The position numbers were made by a program, and so were the translations under genes. From assembly GCA_963729625.1 (NCBI GenBank), contig CAVSOU010000007.1, positions 160,001-224,000 of the forward strand: DNA of 64,000 nucleotides, given 5' to 3'. Below, piece after piece: positions 27,474-36,534 of the stretch. Positions within the stretch are counted from its first letter, which is position 1. Each line of letters begins with the position of its first letter. The notes below the pieces were generated by a model. The model was not told the DNA's origin. It saw only the letters and a list, made by a program, of their open reading frames with translations, and did no database searches. The stretch is from an uncultured bacterium. Its GTDB lineage: Bacteria; Chloroflexota; UBA5177; JANWHV01.

Positions 27474-28745
27474 ATGCAGCGCCTAAAGCGGCTACCGTTG
27501 TCGGCATTCAGCGTGCTGGCCGCCGGCGTCCGGCGCCAGCCTGTCGTCTTGGCCACTGCCTCCATCGCGGTACTGCTGGCAGTACACTGGAGGACAGCAA
27601 CCACGAGCCTGGGCGCGCAAGCTGCAGACTCATTCAAGCACCTGCAGCCAGCGACCGTTGTGGCCGCGCTGATGCTCAGCAGCACGGCAGCCCTGCTTAG
27701 CGGTATGGCATGGCAACGGCTCATTACGCAACTCGGCTACCGTTGCTCGCTCCACACCGGCCTCACCACGTACCTGAGCGCGGGACTAGGCGGCTACGTG
27801 CTAAACGGCATCGGTCCCGCCGTTGGCTGCGCCGCGAGTCTGCAAAGCCGAGGCGTCCCGGTGCGACGTTCGGCGCTGATCACCATCATTGCCAATGTCC
27901 TCGGTCTCCTCGGCGTACTGATCTGGACGCCTCTCGGCCTCGTCGTTCTCTTGCGATCGTCTCGCTCTCGCACGTTGCTGCCGCTTGGTCCGATGCAAAT
28001 CGCCGCCGAAGCGCTTGCCCTCCTTCTGCTAGCCATAGCTCTCGTGTTCGTGCTCTACGCCCTTGCACGTGCGACCCGCACGCACAGTCGCGTAGCACAC
28101 TTCATCGTTGGGCCGATACCGCTCACCGATCGCCGGAACGGCGAAGACGTGCGCTGCCGGAGGCTTCTCACCCTGCTGCCGTTCAACGCCGCATCCTGGA
28201 TCGTCGGTTCCTGCGCGCTCTATCTCATTCTCGTCGCCATGTGCAGTGGCGCCACACCCAACGTGTTGACTGTAATCGGCTGTGCGGCAGCGGCCTCCGC
28301 GTTGGGCTCACTCGCCTGCTTTGCGCCTGAAGGTATCGGCGTCAGCGATAGCGCTCTGGTCATCCTGTTGGTCCATACGACCGCGGTTTCGCCCGCGATC
28401 TGCATTTCGGCAGCGCTGGCCGTTCGCACGCTCGACCCGTTGACCAAGCTGAGTCTCCTCGCGCTCCTTGCGCTGACCTCGAACCCGCGCCGCGTTCAGG
28501 CCTTTGCCAAAGCCGCTGATCGTATTATCCACCTCGGCTGGCAATTCGGCCCCGGGCGCAACCGTGTCCCCGCGCCCGCGCTCGCGACGACTTTGCCGAT
28601 AGCGACCCAAGCCGTCTCGCGCATGCTCCGATCCTTTGTTGAACCCCGATTGCGCCATCCGCATCACGGCGCCGATCGGCGCGCCGAGGCTGCCGCACTG
28701 TTCCTTGAGTTGGATGAGCTTGACGATCACCTTCTTGCATCCTGA
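27474..28745 (+). CDS. Lysylphosphatidylglycerol-synthase TM domain / flippase-like membrane protein
   Basis: About 8 TM helices, 'W..L...LGY', 'LG.LACFAPEGIGVSD.AL', 'A.AVR' typical of the LPG_synthase_TM family. Confidence 0.72.
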   Translation: MQRLKRLPLSAFSVLAAGVRRQPVVLATASIAVLLAVHWRTATTSLGAQAADSFKHLQPATVVAALMLSSTAALLSGMAWQRLITQLGYRCSLHTGLTTYLSAGLGGYVLNGIGPAVGCAASLQSRGVPVRRSALITIIANVLGLLGVLIWTPLGLVVLLRSSRSRTLLPLGPMQIAAEALALLLLAIALVFVLYALARATRTHSRVAHFIVGPIPLTDRRNGEDVRCRRLLTLLPFNAASWIVGSCALYLILVAMCSGATPNVLTVIGCAAAASALGSLACFAPEGIGVSDSALVILLVHTTAVSPAICISAALAVRTLDPLTKLSLLALLALTSNPRRVQAFAKAADRIIHLGWQFGPGRNRVPAPALATTLPIATQAVSRMLRSFVEPRLRHPHHGADRRAEAAALFLELDELDDHLLAS

Positions 28746-28929
28746 CGCAGCCCACTCTTATCGACGGCAATCGCTGCCCATCCTGGAATTGCCGACCATT
28801 AGAGGCTGGGGTGTCTTCTGCAAGCCGCTGCCATGCACTGCCCGCAAATCGCAAGAGTCCGCACCGGCTGCTCGATGTCTATCGACGTCGGCCGGCGAGA
28901 TGTCCTTGGGTATGGCGGACCCCGTGCGG

Positions 28930-30036
28930 CTACCTTACCGCTATCCCACCTTCATCCTGCGTGCCCAGCCCAGGCGACCGATCTGTGATCTCCGTGAGCG
29001 GCGCCACATTGCCGCTCGCGTTACTGGCAAAGACCAGGACGGTATCGTTAGGCTGAGCGACAAAGAGCCTGCCATCACCCGCCACAGCGATCTTGTTGGT
29101 TCCAAGAACGCCGGTTCCCACAATCTTGGTCAGTGGCCCGAGAATCACGCGCTCAGGAGGCACATCGCCACTGGCCCAGCGCGAAAACACGCTCACCTCG
29201 CTCTTGGTGCTCGAGCTGAAGACGAATAGCTCGCCCGTCACGGGATTGACGGCGATACTGAGCGTCTCGCTATCGAACATGTTGGTGCTGCCCGGCAATA
29301 GCCCGGTCCGCGCGCCCACCAAAGAGCGAATGAGCTTGGTGCTGGTGCCGAGTGTCGTGCCGGTATTGTACGTATCGACGCGCGCTTGGCCATCAGCCTG
29401 ATAGCCCGCGATGAGCAGGTTGTCGTCGGGGTCTACAGCGATACCTGCTACGACGGCGAGAGCCGGGTCAGTGATCACGGCCTCGCTTGGCTGCTGGCCG
29501 GAAGCACCACCTCGGTACACCAACACGCGTGGCCCACCGCGAATACTGAGCACGTAGTCGTGGAGGTGTGAGTCGAGTGCGATGCCTGTCAGGTCATTCG
29601 TGTCGGTGAATACGGTGCGCGTAGGCGCAGTGTTACCCGTAGCATCGCTCTGGAAGACGCTGAAACTCCCGTTTGTCAGGAACTGCACCACGTGCAGCAA
29701 TCCATTGACGCTCAGCGCTAAGGATCGAGCACTCGACAGCGTAGTCAGCGGTCCACCCAGCACCTGACAGGGGAGAGTTGGCCCTTGCGCATCAGCTGAA
29801 TAGCCCCGCACCTGGTCCTCGAGTGCCAGGAAGACTGCAGCATGGGGGCATACGGACGCTTCGGCGGACGATACGCCCTGCATAGCCACGATCGTCGCGT
29901 TTGCTGTGTCGTACCGACCCTGGACAGTGCTGATAGTGCCTGAGCCAAACACCAGCGCCGCGGCGAGCACGATGCTGACGAACTCGTGATCCGTGAGTCC
30001 GCCGGCGCGCACGAGGTCACCGCAGCGGTAGCTCAA
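28930..30036 (-). CDS. Secreted NHL-like beta-propeller repeat protein
   Basis: Recurring 'GIALDS/GIAVDP/SIAVNP/KIAVAG' and 'ATGNTAPTRTV/ASGDVPPERVI/ASGNVAPLTEI' units. Hydrophobic N-terminal segment; start uncertain. Confidence 0.7.
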   Translation of the reverse strand: MSYRCGDLVRAGGLTDHEFVSIVLAAALVFGSGTISTVQGRYDTANATIVAMQGVSSAEASVCPHAAVFLALEDQVRGYSADAQGPTLPCQVLGGPLTTLSSARSLALSVNGLLHVVQFLTNGSFSVFQSDATGNTAPTRTVFTDTNDLTGIALDSHLHDYVLSIRGGPRVLVYRGGASGQQPSEAVITDPALAVVAGIAVDPDDNLLIAGYQADGQARVDTYNTGTTLGTSTKLIRSLVGARTGLLPGSTNMFDSETLSIAVNPVTGELFVFSSSTKSEVSVFSRWASGDVPPERVILGPLTKIVGTGVLGTNKIAVAGDGRLFVAQPNDTVLVFASNASGNVAPLTEITDRSPGLGTQDEGGIAVR

Positions 30037-30249
30037 GGCCCCAACCGTATGATCGCTACTGCGCTGTGGCGTTCAGCGCTGCAGCGGCAATCTGTGGCAT
30101 GCGCCCCGGCCGTGTGTGCTGCAGTGCTCTCTGCGAGAGGGCCGACGCGGGCCGGCAACGGCTGCCGGAAGTGGCGAGCTGATGTATATCGATGTAAGGG
30201 AGCGTGCCAGTCATGCATGCCGAAGGGCGCCGACCATGTCCGCAGTAGT

Positions 30250-30625
30250 GGGGTGACCGAAAGCGCGCTCACTTTGATCACCGCGGCCGTCTCCTGCCAT
30301 CCGTGACCGCCCCGAGTCGCTGACACCTTGCGTGGATCCAGCCCATCGTGCAGGCCGTCTTCCACCGGGGAGCGCGGGAGCCGGAGTCATCCCTTGTTCA
30401 GCCTGCCTGTTCGCTGCTCGACCGCGTACGCAGACGGCCTCCAGTGGCGAGCCAGCAGACGCCCAAGGCGGCGACGCCGATCGAGATAGAGAACTGCTTG
30501 ATCGTGGCCAGGGTGCCGGACGCAACGCCGGCGTGCTGCGCCGGCACGCCGACGAGCACCGCGCCTATCATGGAGGGCATCATCAGGCCATTGCCGATGC
30601 TTCTGAGTATGAGACATGCGCCCCG
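30250..30625 (-). pseudogene. Fragment of a DHA2 (EmrB/QacA-like) MFS transporter
   Basis: 'LILRSIGNGLMMPSMIGAVLVGVPAQHAGVASGTLATIKQFSISIGVAALG' is the C-terminal TM12-13 signature. The rest is missing or frameshifted. Confidence 0.7.
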
Positions 30626-31096
30626 ATCGTGAATGCTTGCGTCCGATCTCGTTGGCGAGAGCAGAGTGCGACTCGGCCCACAGTCCCAGTATGTCCATCG
30701 GCGAGCGCGGTGATCCGGGAGACCACGTTCCTCGGAAATCCAGTGCGCTCGCGTCCAGTGCGCAGTCTGCTGTGCAGCGTCTTCCAGTTGGGCTCGGCTT
30801 CTAGCGATGATCGCGGCGGCCACATCAGGAAGCACAGATCGGACGCGCGCTCACGTGCAGCTTGAGCTCGTCCGAAACGAGCACAAGACGATAGCGTGTT
30901 GTATAGGCTATGCAAACTCGAGATGCGCGTGCTTGCTCGCCCGTCGATGGCGAGCCTCGTGAGAGAGTTTTTGAGAGTGTTCGTGGTGGTCGTGGGAGCG
31001 CCATCATCTGTAGTGTGATAGGCAGGAGCACAGGTGGAGAGGTTGGGCTCCCGCTACAACGGCGGGGATGCGCCCACGCCGGAGCGGAGGCCGACC

Positions 31097-32530
31097 GTGG
31101 ACGAGATCGACTACCGTGCGTGTCCAGTCTGCCGCGCATCGATGCCGCGATACGGCACTTGCCCAGTGTGCAGCCACGTCTTGCCCGCGCATTTGGCCTC
31201 CCAATACGATGCACGTGCGGCCGCGGCGCTGGCCGACTGGTCGCGGCGCTGGCCCCTGCCCGCCGCGTACACTGAGCCGGCACGGGCGGCGCTGGTCACG
31301 CTGCTGGGGGGTGCCCTCGCCGTGGTCGTCTGGCTCTGGGTTGCAGGCAACCGCTGGGATGCAGCCATTGCCCCCTCCACCTTCACCCTCTGTGAGCCGG
31401 GCACTGCGGTCGGCTCCGCCTGCGTTAGCCCAGCCGTTGTCCCGCTGCACGCCACGCCCGGCCAGGCCTACGCCGAGGCCCACGGCCTCGCCGCCGTCTT
31501 TGTGCCCATGCTCCTGCTGATCATGGCGTGGCTCTATCGGCTCGCATTGCTCCGGTTGCGGCGAGCCGGGCCACTGCGGACCTACCTGGAACTGGCCGCC
31601 CTCGGCCTGGTCGCAAGCCTCACCCTGCCCGTCCTGCTTCTAGCTGGTGGTGACGCGTTCCATGCCCTTGGCCTCTACACGACAGGGCAGGTGCCGCTCA
31701 ACGCGTATGGGGGGCCATCCTCTGGGTGGTTTCCCCTTGCCGGCACCTACCTCACGCGCCTCGCGGCCATCTGGCCGCAGGTCGTGCTCTGGGCGCTTCA
31801 AATGGCTGCGCTCATGAGCGCGCTGCACCTGGGCTGCGCGGTCCTGTTCGCCGACTGGGGAGCGGTGCGCGCCGAGGCACCTGCCGGTGGGCTCGACGAG
31901 ACGTGGCGCCTGGCCGGCCAGGCTACACGAGAAGGGTCGCCCATGGCCGACCGCGCGACGCGGAGGCGGGAGGCGTGGCTGCTGGTGGGCGTCCCGCTGC
32001 TGCTCCTGGCCTCGCCCATTCTGGTGAGTACCGGCCCGCGCGCCCCAGTCTGTGTGCTGCTGCTTGCCTTCGCGGACTGGGCCGTGGCGCGCGTCACCCA
32101 GGTTGCCCATCCTGAGCGCGACCGTTGGGACGTGCTGCACCTGCTCAGGCTCGTGCTCGCTGCAGCGGTCCTGGCTGGACTGTGTGCCATGTGGGCTGCA
32201 CATGCTGGAGTCAACTGGGGACAGGTGGACAGTTGGTGGCAGTATGTCGTCGTCCTCTTCGCGTCCAGCGCGAGCTTGAGCGCGGCCGGTGCCTGGGGGA
32301 TGTACCGCAGGCTCCACCCGCCGGTCTGGGTCCACGCCGTCGTCTCTATGAGGGACGCGGCCTGTGTTGTCCAGTCTGTCTGCTCCGGCCGTGGTCTGTA
32401 TGGCGCCTATCGTTTTGGCGACGACGGCCGTGCAGCGTTCGTGGCCGCCTTCCCTACTGCTGAGAAGGCGCGCGAAGCGCTTGAGCGAGCGCCACGGTGT
32501 GCCACGCAGGCCGTGAATGAGAGCGGCTGA
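31097..32530 (+). CDS. Hypothetical polytopic membrane protein with N-terminal zinc ribbon
   Basis: GGAGG before GTG 31097, 'CPVC-x8-CPVC', about 8-9 hydrophobic helices. Confidence 0.7.
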   Translation: MDEIDYRACPVCRASMPRYGTCPVCSHVLPAHLASQYDARAAAALADWSRRWPLPAAYTEPARAALVTLLGGALAVVVWLWVAGNRWDAAIAPSTFTLCEPGTAVGSACVSPAVVPLHATPGQAYAEAHGLAAVFVPMLLLIMAWLYRLALLRLRRAGPLRTYLELAALGLVASLTLPVLLLAGGDAFHALGLYTTGQVPLNAYGGPSSGWFPLAGTYLTRLAAIWPQVVLWALQMAALMSALHLGCAVLFADWGAVRAEAPAGGLDETWRLAGQATREGSPMADRATRRREAWLLVGVPLLLLASPILVSTGPRAPVCVLLLAFADWAVARVTQVAHPERDRWDVLHLLRLVLAAAVLAGLCAMWAAHAGVNWGQVDSWWQYVVVLFASSASLSAAGAWGMYRRLHPPVWVHAVVSMRDAACVVQSVCSGRGLYGAYRFGDDGRAAFVAAFPTAEKAREALERAPRCATQAVNESG

Positions 32531-32687
32531 TGCTGCGGAGGAGCCACGCGACCCATCTGCGGGCGGCCGGAACCTGCCTGGCCCCAGCCACGCTGGCGTG
32601 CGGCGAGGGATTCACGGGCGTACTCGCCGAGCAGCCGCGCAGCCGCATAGCGCAAATCCCTTGCTGTCGAACCAGAAGGAGAAGGAC

Positions 32688-33365
32688 ATGAACGCGTCAA
32701 GAAAGCTCGCAGTCGTGCTGGTGATCGCGCTTACCGCCCTCGCCGTCGGATCCGCGCCGCCAGCGCGTGCGGGAAGCGCGCCGCCTCAGGTCTTCCCGCC
32801 CCAGGCACGCCCCTACGGCCGTACCTACGGTGACTGGGGAGTCCGGTTCATACAGTGGATGCTGGCCATACCTGCAGCGGAAAGCCCCATGCTGGATACC
32901 TCCGGTGCGCGCTGCGCCAAAGGCCAGTCCGGGCCGGTCTGGTACCTGTTCGGCAGCAGTACCAGCCCCGTGATACGCACCTGCACCGTGCCGGCCGGCA
33001 CGGCGCTCTTCATCGCGCCGTTCACTGGGGAGTGTTCGACCGTGCAGGGCAACGGCCACACCTTCGTGGCTCTAGGCAGTTGCGCCACACGCATGACCGA
33101 TTCGTTGACTCGCGCGGATGTGACGGTGGACGGGCGCGTCACGCACCTGCTCCCCCACTACCGGTTTAAGACCTCCATGTTCAGCGTCACATATCCTGTC
33201 GGCAACCTACTCGGTGTGCCCGGGCCTGGGACCAGCAAGATGGTCGCTGACGGCTTCGCCGTCATGGTGGCGCCGCTGGCAACGGGGCGGCACACGGTCG
33301 GCCTGCGCGGCGGCACTGCCTCAGGCGCGGGAGAAGTCACGTACCATCTGACGATCGGCCGCTGA
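32688..33365 (+). CDS. Secreted conserved hypothetical protein with paired cysteines
   Basis: GAAGGA RBS, signal peptide ending ARA, 'YGRTYGDW...QW.LAIP...P.LD.SG..C..GQSGPVWYL.G...RTCTVPAG..LF' pattern that I recall from a widespread uncharacterised family. Confidence 0.8.
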   Translation: MNASRKLAVVLVIALTALAVGSAPPARAGSAPPQVFPPQARPYGRTYGDWGVRFIQWMLAIPAAESPMLDTSGARCAKGQSGPVWYLFGSSTSPVIRTCTVPAGTALFIAPFTGECSTVQGNGHTFVALGSCATRMTDSLTRADVTVDGRVTHLLPHYRFKTSMFSVTYPVGNLLGVPGPGTSKMVADGFAVMVAPLATGRHTVGLRGGTASGAGEVTYHLTIGR

Positions 33366-33580
33366 CCGGCACGGTCCGTTAGCACTGCACCGCTCGCCCC
33401 GGAGCAGGGTGCCGGATCGCGCGACGCGAATGGCAGCCCCCTTTGCCTTACCGCGCCGTTTCACGTACCTTAAGCCATCGCGGCGAGTCCAACCGCTAGT
33501 ATGGTGCTCACCCGCGGCTCTGGCAGGTCTCGTGCTCAGGTCGAGGACCGCTTCGACACCGACAGAAAGGACGACTGGCC

Positions 33581-35623
33581 GTGGCACCTAAGCAGCTCCT
33601 CCGCATAGCAAGTATCTGCGTGTTCCTGACCGCTTTGCCCCTGGCTGACCGTGCGCCTGCCGGCGCTGCACCTTCACTGTTCAACCGCAACCACCTCGTC
33701 AATGGCGATGCGGAGGCCGGACCCGCTCCCCTCATGCTGCCAGGCGCTGCCTGGGCTGCAACCCGGTCGGCGGCTCCAATCGGTGCGGCCGGCGCCGCTT
33801 CCTCGGCGGTGAAGGTGACTGCGGTCGCCGGCGGCTTGTACCATGGCCTGGCGCTGAGCTCGAGCGGCGCGGTGTTCGCCTGGGGCTGGAACATTACCGG
33901 CCAGCTATGCAACGGGAGCACCGATGGCAGCGACATGCCGGTGAAAGCGAGGCTGCCCGGCGGTACGAAGGTGACCGGGTTAGCCGCCGGCTTCGCCCAC
34001 AGCCTGGCGGTGACCTCGACCGGCGCGGTGCTCGCCTGTGGCAAGAACTATAACGGCGACCTCGGCGACGGGACCGCGACGGACAGCGAAGTGCCGGTGC
34101 GGGTGCGTCTGCCCGCGGGCACGAAGGTGTCCGCCGTCGCCGCCGGCGCCGACCACAATCTGGCGGTGACCTCGACTGGGACGGTGCTCGCCTGGGGCCT
34201 GGGCAACGAGGGCCAGCTCGGCAACGGCGGCACGGGCTCCAGCGCTGTCCCGGTGAGCGTGAGCTTACCTGCGGACACGAAGGCGACCGCCGTCGCCGCC
34301 GGCAGTCAATTCAGCCTGGCGCTGACCTCGAGTGGCACGGTTTTTGCCTGGGGCTACAACGTAGACGGCGAGCTCGGCGACGGGACCAAGACAAACAGCG
34401 ACGTGCCGGTGCAGGTGAAGCTGCCCACCGGTACCAGGGTGATCGCGGTCGCGGCTGGTGGCTACGACAGCCTGGCGCTGACGTCGACTGGCGCGGTGCT
34501 TGCCTGGGGCTACAACACAGACGGCGAGCTCGGTGACGGCGGCACGGCAAACAGCGACGTGCCGGTGAAGGTAAAGCTGCCCGCGGGCACCAAGGTGTCC
34601 GCCGTCGCCGCCGGCGGCCCCCTCACCGGAGTGGGCGTGACCACCGCCGGCCCCGGCCATAGCCTGGCAGTGACCTCCACCGGCGCGGTGCTCGCCTGGG
34701 GCTACAACACAGACGGCGAGCTGGGTGACGGCGGCACGGCAAACAGCGACGTGCCGGTGAAGGCGAAGCTGCCCGCGGGCACGAAGGTGTCCGCCGTCGC
34801 CGCCGGCGAACTGCACAGCCTGGCGGTGACCTTGACCGGCGCGGTGCTTGCCTGGGGTGGCAACAACTTCGGCCAGCTCGGCGACGGGAGCTACGCGGGG
34901 AGCGATGGGTCGGTGAAAGTGAAGCTGCCGGGGTTCGCCGCAGGGCCAGCGGCAACGCTCAGGCTCACGCAGCCCGCGCTCGCTGCGACGGCGCGTGCAA
35001 CCACTACGCAGAGCACCACGTTAGCGGGCTACACGTTCGCCAACTATATCGCGGTGCCGGGGGCTGTGAGCGCTATCATCGTCGTGCCCAAGCTCAACTG
35101 CAAGGCCACGCCGACAGCGGGGAGCGCGATGTACGCCGGCGTCGGCATCCAGTCCGTGAGCTCGTACGCCCGTCTGTATCTGGCTTGCACGCCGCAAAGG
35201 GTGGCCAGCTCATACCCATCGCTCGTGGTCAATGGCAGCACCAGGAACATCGCGAGCGACGTGGCCCGGACTGGAGACACGATCGAGCTCGCGGTGTCCC
35301 AGAGCGCCTCGCACGTGACGGTTTCGGTCATTGACATCACGCACGGGTTCATCGCCACCGGCAACGGCGCCGGCAGCGGCACAGGCGAGGGCATCACGGT
35401 CGGCGACTTTCCGGTGGTTTCTGGCGCGGCGACGTCTGGGATGCCCAACTTTGGCACCCTGGACTTCTCCAGCGCGCTGATCAATGGATACCCGTTCGGC
35501 TCCGCGAATCCCGGGCTCCAGGCCGACGATCTCTACGCGAGCTCGACGGGTCCGCGCGAGATCAAGAGCACCTACTCCGCCACTAATAAGGAGGCGTTCG
35601 CGACCGTCTTCGAGCATTCCTGA
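33581..35623 (+). CDS. Secreted RCC1-repeat beta-propeller protein with C-terminal peptidase-G1(A4)-like domain
   Basis: GAAAGGA RBS, signal peptide, seven '(V)AAG..HSLAVTSTGAVLAWG.N..G.LG.G' repeats. C-terminal 'LAGY...VSA...VP.L.C...YAGVGI...FGTLDFSSA'. Confidence 0.85.
   Translation: MAPKQLLRIASICVFLTALPLADRAPAGAAPSLFNRNHLVNGDAEAGPAPLMLPGAAWAATRSAAPIGAAGAASSAVKVTAVAGGLYHGLALSSSGAVFAWGWNITGQLCNGSTDGSDMPVKARLPGGTKVTGLAAGFAHSLAVTSTGAVLACGKNYNGDLGDGTATDSEVPVRVRLPAGTKVSAVAAGADHNLAVTSTGTVLAWGLGNEGQLGNGGTGSSAVPVSVSLPADTKATAVAAGSQFSLALTSSGTVFAWGYNVDGELGDGTKTNSDVPVQVKLPTGTRVIAVAAGGYDSLALTSTGAVLAWGYNTDGELGDGGTANSDVPVKVKLPAGTKVSAVAAGGPLTGVGVTTAGPGHSLAVTSTGAVLAWGYNTDGELGDGGTANSDVPVKAKLPAGTKVSAVAAGELHSLAVTLTGAVLAWGGNNFGQLGDGSYAGSDGSVKVKLPGFAAGPAATLRLTQPALAATARATTTQSTTLAGYTFANYIAVPGAVSAIIVVPKLNCKATPTAGSAMYAGVGIQSVSSYARLYLACTPQRVASSYPSLVVNGSTRNIASDVARTGDTIELAVSQSASHVTVSVIDITHGFIATGNGAGSGTGEGITVGDFPVVSGAATSGMPNFGTLDFSSALINGYPFGSANPGLQADDLYASSTGPREIKSTYSATNKEAFATVFEHS
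33810..34930 (+). repeat. Seven tandem ~156-bp coding repeats (RCC1 blades)
   Basis: Near-identical DNA copies, e.g. GGCTACAACACAGACGGCGAGCT.GGTGACGGCGGCACGGCAAACAGCGACGTGCCGGTGAAGG at about 34508 and 34700. Confidence 0.9.
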
Positions 35624-36021
35624 CAGCGGGGTCCGCGCCGGGTGGCACTTCACTGCACTGGCGTGAGCCACTGAGCGCTGGGCGGCCCAGAGCGTGCTCC
35701 GCACGGCTGGTCGGGCCGGCTCCAGCAGCCGACGCTCATAAGCTGGAACTCCGGCCTTGACGTGAGGAAGGCTGGACACTACCGCTGCCACTTTGACGCC
35801 GCTGGGAGCGGAAAGCGCCGCAAGGCGCCGCGGTCGCCAAGAACAGCCTGCCGGCGCGCGCGTAGGTCTCCAGGTCACTCCACACGTCAGTGAACGAGCC
35901 CCCCTGACCTTTGCCAGCCTTGGCATGCGCAACAGCTACCGTAACCGGCCGACGCTCGGATCGGGAAGCCGGGGCCGCGCCAGGTCCGCCGGCCGTGAGT
36001 CGACCGAAAGTGCCCCACGAG

Positions 36022-36075
36022 ATTACAAAAACTTTACACCTCCGCAACGACCCGGTAACCTCCGTCTCCTAGCAT
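36022..36075 (+). promoter_or_regulatory. PhoP/OmpR-like direct repeats plus -10 element
   Basis: ATTACA/TTTACA/GCAACG/GTAACC at exact 11-bp spacing (36022, 36033, 36044, 36055), then TAGCAT and an AGGAGG RBS. Confidence 0.5.
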
Positions 36076-36416
36076 GAACTTCAGGAGGCGCGAAGCAAAT
36101 GGACCGGATGGGTCCGGCACGCGCGGTATGTTAGGACAGGGGTTGCCCTGAGCATCGCCGGTGTGACGGGTCCGACGAACGGCCCGCATGTTTGATTCGC
36201 TACCTCCAACACAGGCAGGGACCCTACGTCGTATGTTGTGGCGTTGGCCGACACTGCAAGATCGAATTGGGATACGCCTCGCCTGAGCCACACAGCTGTG
36301 GCGGACGAAATGTGAGGAGGGACGGACGGGCGGCCGGCCCGTACCTCTCGACTCAGGACTACGTGCGAATGTCCGGGCGGCCGGACCGCGTGTTCCTCGT
36401 TCGCCGGTGAAAACGG

Positions 36417-36458
36417 AAAAGCTCCCCTGATGAAGTGAGGGTCACCAGGGGAGTTTTT
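36417..36458. terminator. Probable bidirectional intrinsic terminator
   Basis: AAAA-GCTCCCCTG...CAGGGGAGT-TTTT hairpin with A and T tails. Confidence 0.65.
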
Positions 36459-36534
36459 CTGCGCGCATGGCGCCACCGTGGTGGCAGTCGCCCGCAACCG
36501 GAAAAGAATCCCTATAATAGGGGAGCGTACTTGC

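Noticed and set aside
33445-33476. Pho-box-like half-sites upstream of the RCC1 gene
   Set aside because: Spacing is irregular (about 13 and 10 bp), not an 11-bp period.
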